Below, one piece after another: positions 27,630 through 32,000 of a stretch of DNA of 32,000 nt. Positions within the stretch are counted from its first letter, which is position 1, and each line of letters starts with the position of its first letter. The stretch lies in the sequence record OZ375202.1. The stretch is one strand, 5' to 3'. The notes beneath the pieces are model-generated. The model saw only the letters and a program-made list of their open reading frames with translations, did no database searches and was not told the DNA's origin. Both the position numbers and the translations under genes were made by a program.

Positions 27630-27657
27630 TTTATACTACAAAGGAATCAAGCGTCAA
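27630..27657 (-). promoter_or_regulatory. candidate PEP promoter of the rrn operon
   Basis: On the minus strand: TTGACG (27652-27657), 16-nt spacer, TATAAA (27630-27635), about 85 nt upstream of the 16S 5' end. This is the best -35 match in the window. Confidence 0.35.
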
Positions 27658-27686
27658 TACCGTAAGTCTCTTTTTCATACGATATT

Positions 27687-27717
27687 AAAAAAAGTACTCA
27701 ATGAGTACAAAAAAAAA
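27687..27717. terminator. short hairpin flanked by A7/A9 runs between trnfM and the rrn promoter
   Basis: aaaaaaa-gtactca-a-tgagtac-aaaaaaaaa. On the minus strand it reads T9-stem-T7, immediately downstream of the trnfM 3' end. Confidence 0.35.
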
Positions 27718-27722
27718 CTTAA

Positions 27723-27796
27723 TAGCAGGGGTTGGATTTGAACCAACGACCTCAAGATTATGAGCCTTGCGAGCTACCAGACTGCTCTACCCTACT
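27723..27796 (-). tRNA. trnfM: initiator tRNA-fMet (CAU)
   Basis: Reverse complement agtagggtagagcagtctggtagctcgcaaggctCATaatcttgaggtcgttggttcaaatccaacccctgcta. The D arm and anticodon arm (tagagcag..tggtagctcgcaaggctcataa) match the plastid initiator pattern. Confidence 0.8.
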
Positions 27797-27826
27797 GTTG
27801 ATATTAGATAAAAAGATTTATTTTTT

Positions 27827-27854
27827 TAAGAAGGGTTACGAATAACCCTTCTTA
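27827..27854 (-). terminator. psbZ 3' stem-loop (12 bp perfect)
   Basis: taagaagggtta-cgaa-taacccttctta, 19 nt downstream of the psbZ stop. Confidence 0.5.
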
Positions 27855-27872
27855 TGTTTTGGTTTAAGTTAA

Positions 27873-28061
27873 TTAGATAACAAAAGAATTTAGAAGGCCT
27901 ACAGCAAATACTAAAAGTAACCATAAACCTGCACCTGTAAGGATGAAATTACGGTTGTTTGTCCACCCATCAGGTAATGCAAATGTGAAAGGAACCCCTA
28001 CAACAAGTGCAAAAGATAAAGCTATAAAAGCAAAAACTGTCAATTGAAAAAGTGCAGTCAT
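27873..28061 (-). CDS. psbZ: photosystem II protein Z (Ycf9)
   Basis: 62 aa: MTALFQLTVFAFIALSFALVVGVPFTFALPDGWTNNRNFILTGAGLWLLLVFAVGLLNSFVI. Canonical PsbZ. Confidence 0.93.
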   Translation of the reverse strand: MTALFQLTVFAFIALSFALVVGVPFTFALPDGWTNNRNFILTGAGLWLLLVFAVGLLNSFVI

Positions 28062-28116
28062 CTAAGTAAAATAATCTGAATTCCAAAAAGAAACTCGTGA
28101 ATTCCATACATGTTGA

Positions 28117-28198
28117 TGCCTCCGGAGAGACTCGAACTCTCACCCGATTAAAGACTACGGCCTAAACGTAGCGTGTCTACCAATTCCACCACAGAGGC
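28117..28198 (-). tRNA. trnL: tRNA-Leu (UAG)
   Basis: Reverse complement gcctctgtggtggaattggtagacacgctacgttTAGgccgtagtctttaatcgggtgagagttcgagtctctccggaggca. 82 nt with a long variable arm. Confidence 0.9.
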
Positions 28199-28255
28199 AT
28201 ACCATTAAACAGTCTTTATTACGTATTATAATTTCAACTATTAAAGAGTTTACTT

Positions 28256-28345
28256 CGGAGAGAGAGGGATTCGAACCCTCGGTACAGCTCTACACCGTAC
28301 GACGCATTAGCAATGCGGTACCTTAGGCCACTCGGTCATCTCTCC
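28256..28345 (-). tRNA. trnS: tRNA-Ser (GCU)
   Basis: Reverse complement ggagagatgaccgagtggcctaaggtaccgcattGCTaatgcgtcgtacggtgtagagctgtaccgagggttcgaatccctctctctccg. 90 nt with a long variable arm. Confidence 0.9.
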
Positions 28346-28388
28346 GTAATAATACTATTTTATAGATTATCAAGAATTTACTAGATAA

Positions 28389-28616
28389 TCAACTTCCTAC
28401 TTTAAAAGCATCTACAAAAATACCTAATAAAAAACCAGCTCTAAATCGATGCCAACGTGTAATTTGAATCCATTTCCATGAAGCACTTTCAATTAATAAG
28501 AAAAAACCAAGTAAGAAAAGTTGAGAAGGCTTAAATAAGACAATAAAGCAGCTCCCAAAAACAAATCCACTAAGTAATTCAACAAAAGGCCAAGGAAAGT
28601 TATTTAAAAATCGCAT
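28389..28616 (-). CDS. ycf20: Ycf20 (DUF565) membrane protein
   Basis: 75 aa with hydrophobic helices, ending ...GFLLGIFVDAFKVGS. That matches the conserved Ycf20 C-terminal motif (VDAFKLGS) as I remember it. Confidence 0.78.
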   Translation of the reverse strand: MRFLNNFPWPFVELLSGFVFGSCFIVLFKPSQLFLLGFFLLIESASWKWIQITRWHRFRAGFLLGIFVDAFKVGS

Positions 28617-28621
28617 GAGAG

Positions 28622-28654
28622 TTTAATAGGGTAGTTTAAAGCTACCCTATTAAA
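28622..28654 (-). terminator. psaJ 3' stem-loop (13 bp perfect)
   Basis: tttaatagggtag-tttaaag-ctaccctattaaa. It fills the psaJ-ycf20 spacer. Confidence 0.45.
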
Positions 28655-28657
28655 TTA

Positions 28658-28780
28658 TTAAGAAAAGATTAACGGATCTGGGTAAAAACGGTTAAGTTCA
28701 ATCAGTAAACCCGATAATAAACTTACTGTTAAAAGAAGCACCACTGGTGCAGAGGATAAATAAATGACAAAATTCTTCAT
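28658..28780 (-). CDS. psaJ: photosystem I subunit IX
   Basis: Hand-translated 40 aa: [40 protein letters not shown]. Canonical PsaJ pattern (..YLS.APV......GLLIE.NRF.PD.L.F). Confidence 0.88.
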   Translation of the reverse strand: MKNFVIYLSSAPVVLLLTVSLLSGLLIELNRFYPDPLIFS

Positions 28781-28798
28781 AAAAGTATTAAATCTATA

Positions 28799-29047
<249 letters not shown>

Positions 29048-29095
29048 TTAGTCGAAAAGAAAAGCTTAATTTATATTTAGGATATCATGAAATTT

Positions 29096-32000
29096 TTAGG
29101 CGTCCCAAGAAAAACCACCCAAACGAGGTAAAGCTGGCATACGTAAATATTTATGATTCCAACGGCGGTTACGGAGAGATTTCTTATTATTAACTTGACG
29201 TGTTTGTGCTCGTGCCCAATACCCTAAAGGAGCTCCTGTATTTATCGGATCTTCTCTAGATTCAGCAAACCACTTATATCGACGAGGTGTTGTACGCCAA
29301 CTAAAGCCAAGTTGAAGTTTTCTCCAATTCCAGATAAATTTCATACGACGTGTTGTTGTTTCTGCACGTTCACGTGTAAAGACACGAGGGGCACTTAAGT
29401 CACGAATTTTTTCCGCACTATAAGGCCATGCTGTAAACGCACCTTCCATGGAAGGAACACGGTAACCTGCACCTACACGAGGTAATGTACGGGAAGTTAA
29501 AACCATTTTGTGGTCATTACTATCCCACCCAGTATAAAATGGAGAAGGGCTTGGTAATAATTCTAAGAATGGCGGTTTATCTTTGTTTGGTGAAACTAAT
29601 TCTTCATGAAGCATTGGATTCGTTGAATCATTTTCATAAAGTAATTGACTCATCTTATAAACTCGCCCACCTTCCATATTTTGCGCTTCTAATGGTGTTA
29701 CATAAAATAAACGACGCGCATAACTCAATGTACCTTTAAATTGATGATTATACACACTATCAGTATAAGTTCGTGAACCACCAGGTACAAATCGTTGGAA
29801 ACGTGGAGATTTTTGATAGTTACGTAAACTATCATAATAACGAGCTAATTGAAGTTTACGTTTTGCTAAGTTAGTTTCTTCTGCTGTTGTTAAAAAGTAT
29901 TCTTTTGGTTGCCCTTTTAATACATGATCAACAACATGTGAAAGAGCTTTAGCATAAACCTGCTGACGTGAGTAATTAAATGAAGACCAACGAGTAGGGC
30001 CTACAGGTGACGGTCGAAGTGGATAGCGATTACGCCATAAACGTCGATCATTTTTCTGTTGAGTTTCCCTAGCTTGTAAGAAATAAGGGCGTCGGAAGCC
30101 AAAAATAGTAGTACCTTGTTCCAGTGTTTCTGTACTAAAGTTCGAACCACCAATACGTGTATTTTTAATACGGTACGGGTAACGTCGTCTTTTTACAATA
30201 ACACGGCGGAACCTTGCTCGTTCTTTTTCTGCAGACGCGTTTTGAACGCGTGGGTTTTCTAAGCCGAGAGGTTTAAAAGCCTCACTGTATACTGAAGGTT
30301 CTAAGCTTTTACGATTTTTAGATTTAGAAGGCGAAACTTTTGCAGAAAGTTTTCGTCCAACCTCTAAATAATGTTGAAGCCTTAATAAGTTTGATTCTTT
30401 ACTATTTAAATTATCACGTTCTTCAAGTAAGAAAGTAAAATCTTCATTTTCTTCTCTAGCAGCCGCGTCTAACTCCTGTTCAGCCATCCATAAATAATTT
30501 TCTTCAGAAGGTTTTAAACGCCACTGAACAACACGAGGTTTAATTAAATTACGAACAACCCAATATTTATGGAATTTTTTAAATTCTTGGGATTTTGTTT
30601 CAAACTCTGGTATAATTTGACCTCGAACAGCTAACCAAAGGTCAGAAATAGAATCCTTCTTACCCTTCACTGATATAGGGAAAGTCCCGTTTTTATTGGA
30701 ACGAGAAAGTTTCTCATCAAAAATAGAAATAGCGTTATTTATTCTATTTTTATGAACCCAAGCAGATACCATCGGAGAGACTGAATCATTTCCTAAGGTA
30801 CGCTTAGAATCAATATCTACAAACGGGTTATCGGAGTCTTCAATTGGACGTGCTGGTAAATTTCTTAAACGACCAAAAGCTATGTAGCGCGATGCTTGAA
30901 GTAAATCAGATCGAGTCATACCTTTGCTCGTCTTTAATTGATTCCAAAAAGTTGCTAGCTTTTCAGATCGTCCAGGTGACCAATTTTTAACACCACGAAT
31001 AGTGTTACGCTCTAATGTTCGTTCACGCCTGTCTAAAGGCCAAATATAATTCCGCACTGGAACATTATTAGGCAATTTAATACTTGCTATTTTACGACCA
31101 AAATTCTTTAAGATATCCGGTTGAGCGGGGAAATATTCCATTGTTAGTAGACCACGGTCTTTAGCCCAATGTGGAAACCATTCATGACTAATTAACATAG
31201 CCTCTAAAGCTCGCCTTTGTTGAGAAGCTGGAAAATCTACTTTATCATAGCGAGGCCAAACCCAACCATCACCTAAAATACCAGGTTCTCCACCACTAAC
31301 ACGCATATAATAATCACGCCACCTCTCAAGTTGTGGATCTGTTTTTACCCCAACCCAATTAGAAGCTAATGAATTTAAACCTTTATCATCTGGTAAAAAA
31401 CCTAACGGTTTCGCAAATAAGTAATCCCAACTATAATATGGGATTGAAAATAATACAGTTGACCCATAAAGTAACAGTAAGATTGGGTGAACTTGTTGCA
31501 TTTTCCACATATTAGCGGGCAGATTTGCAAAATTTGACCAAAGGTTGGCTAATTTCCAAATAGCCCAACCTAAACAGAAACCAAACCCACATAAACCTAC
31601 ACCAATACCAATTAAGTAAGTCATTTGACCTAAATAAAAATGCATTTGCGTATTAAAATCAAAACCTTCATTAAAAAAAGATTCACTCGTAGTTGTTAAA
31701 CCAGAGATATATTGACCCAACGTAGTTTGTTCAACACAACCTAAAAATAAACTTTGTAGGAAAAGTTGAAGCCCAACTTTTTTATCATCCCATTCGACTG
31801 GTACAGTTTTCTTTGAACATAATCGATCAAAAATAACTAAAAACCAAACTAAACCGACTAGGAAAGATAAAGGTTCCAAATAAGTCCATAGACCTAAAAT
31901 TGGGCGGAACCCAAAGATTACAATGCTTAAAAATAGGAATTGACCTAAAATTAAACCCGAACCGGAGTAAATACCAGCTGGAACACCTTGAATAACTAAT
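29096..32000 (-). CDS. ycf1: Ycf1 (Tic214-like) protein, 5'-truncated by the window edge
   Basis: The reading frame stays open from 29096 to the window end. The 31879 'start' in the track is a TTG codon inside the frame. The region upstream of it translates to ..GSGLILGQFLFLSIVIFGFRPILGLWTYLEPLSFLVGLVW.., which aligns with the Ycf1 N-terminal TM motif (..[26 protein letters not shown]..). A long Arg/Lys/Trp-rich soluble part follows. Confidence 0.72.
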   Translation of the reverse strand, partial: LVIQGVPAGIYSGSGLILGQFLFLSIVIFGFRPILGLWTYLEPLSFLVGLVWFLVIFDRLCSKKTVPVEWDDKKVGLQLFLQSLFLGCVEQTTLGQYISGLTTTSESFFNEGFDFNTQMHFYLGQMTYLIGIGVGLCGFGFCLGWAIWKLANLWSNFANLPANMWKMQQVHPILLLLYGSTVLFSIPYYSWDYLFAKPLGFLPDDKGLNSLASNWVGVKTDPQLERWRDYYMRVSGGEPGILGDGWVWPRYDKVDFPASQQRRALEAMLISHEWFPHWAKDRGLLTMEYFPAQPDILKNFGRKIASIKLPNNVPVRNYIWPLDRRERTLERNTIRGVKNWSPGRSEKLATFWNQLKTSKGMTRSDLLQASRYIAFGRLRNLPARPIEDSDNPFVDIDSKRTLGNDSVSPMVSAWVHKNRINNAISIFDEKLSRSNKNGTFPISVKGKKDSISDLWLAVRGQIIPEFETKSQEFKKFHKYWVVRNLIKPRVVQWRLKPSEENYLWMAEQELDAAAREENEDFTFLLEERDNLNSKESNLLRLQHYLEVGRKLSAKVSPSKSKNRKSLEPSVYSEAFKPLGLENPRVQNASAEKERARFRRVIVKRRRYPYRIKNTRIGGSNFSTETLEQGTTIFGFRRPYFLQARETQQKNDRRLWRNRYPLRPSPVGPTRWSSFNYSRQQVYAKALSHVVDHVLKGQPKEYFLTTAEETNLAKRKLQLARYYDSLRNYQKSPRFQRFVPGGSRTYTDSVYNHQFKGTLSYARRLFYVTPLEAQNMEGGRVYKMSQLLYENDSTNPMLHEELVSPNKDKPPFLELLPSPSPFYTGWDSNDHKMVLTSRTLPRVGAGYRVPSMEGAFTAWPYSAEKIRDLSAPRVFTRERAETTTRRMKFIWNWRKLQLGFSWRTTPRRYKWFAESREDPINTGAPLGYWARAQTRQVNNKKSLRNRRWNHKYLRMPALPRLGGFSWDA

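Noticed and set aside
31877-31879. Start codon of the 927-aa ORF as given in the ORF track
   Set aside because: The codon is TTG. The frame continues open to the window edge with Ycf1-like TM sequence, so the true start lies beyond 32000.

Overview
This window is a compact, AT-rich stretch of a green-lineage (chlorophyte-type) plastid genome with no introns detected, not a bacterial accessory region. The lineage call rests on a form IB rbcL with no adjacent rbcS, plus chlB, ycf1, ycf3, ycf20, psb30/ycf12 and a ycf47-like gene.

Contents I can support:
- 32 protein-coding ORFs: psaA/B/C/J; psbA/C/D/E/F/L/J/I/Z/30; petA/L/G; atpB/E; rbcL; chlB; rps9/12/14; rpl32; ycf3; ycf20; a SecG-like ycf47; a 5'-truncated ycf1; an FtsH-like AAA protein; and two orphan ORFs.
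- 15 tRNA genes and one degenerate tRNA-like element.
- One complete, very compact rrn operon (16S-trnI-trnA-23S-5S).
- A set of A/T-flanked perfect stem-loops at gene 3' ends.
- Three weak sigma70-type promoter candidates.

I see no CRISPR array, transposase, integrase, or recognisable defence or mobile system.

The parts that are not routine:
- A protease-less FtsH-like AAA protein with degenerate motifs, encoded in the same window as ycf1.
- Two orphan ORFs: orf166, which has a GTG start and a tail encoded by a hairpin, and orf261, which overlaps the chlB 3' end.
- A decayed tRNA-like element.
- RNA genes separated by 0-2 nt.
- A truncated, AT-remodelled 16S helix.

All identifications come from reading the translations and RNA folds by eye and from remembered family motifs. 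No database search was run. RNA ends are accurate to a few nt, and the lineage call is an inference.
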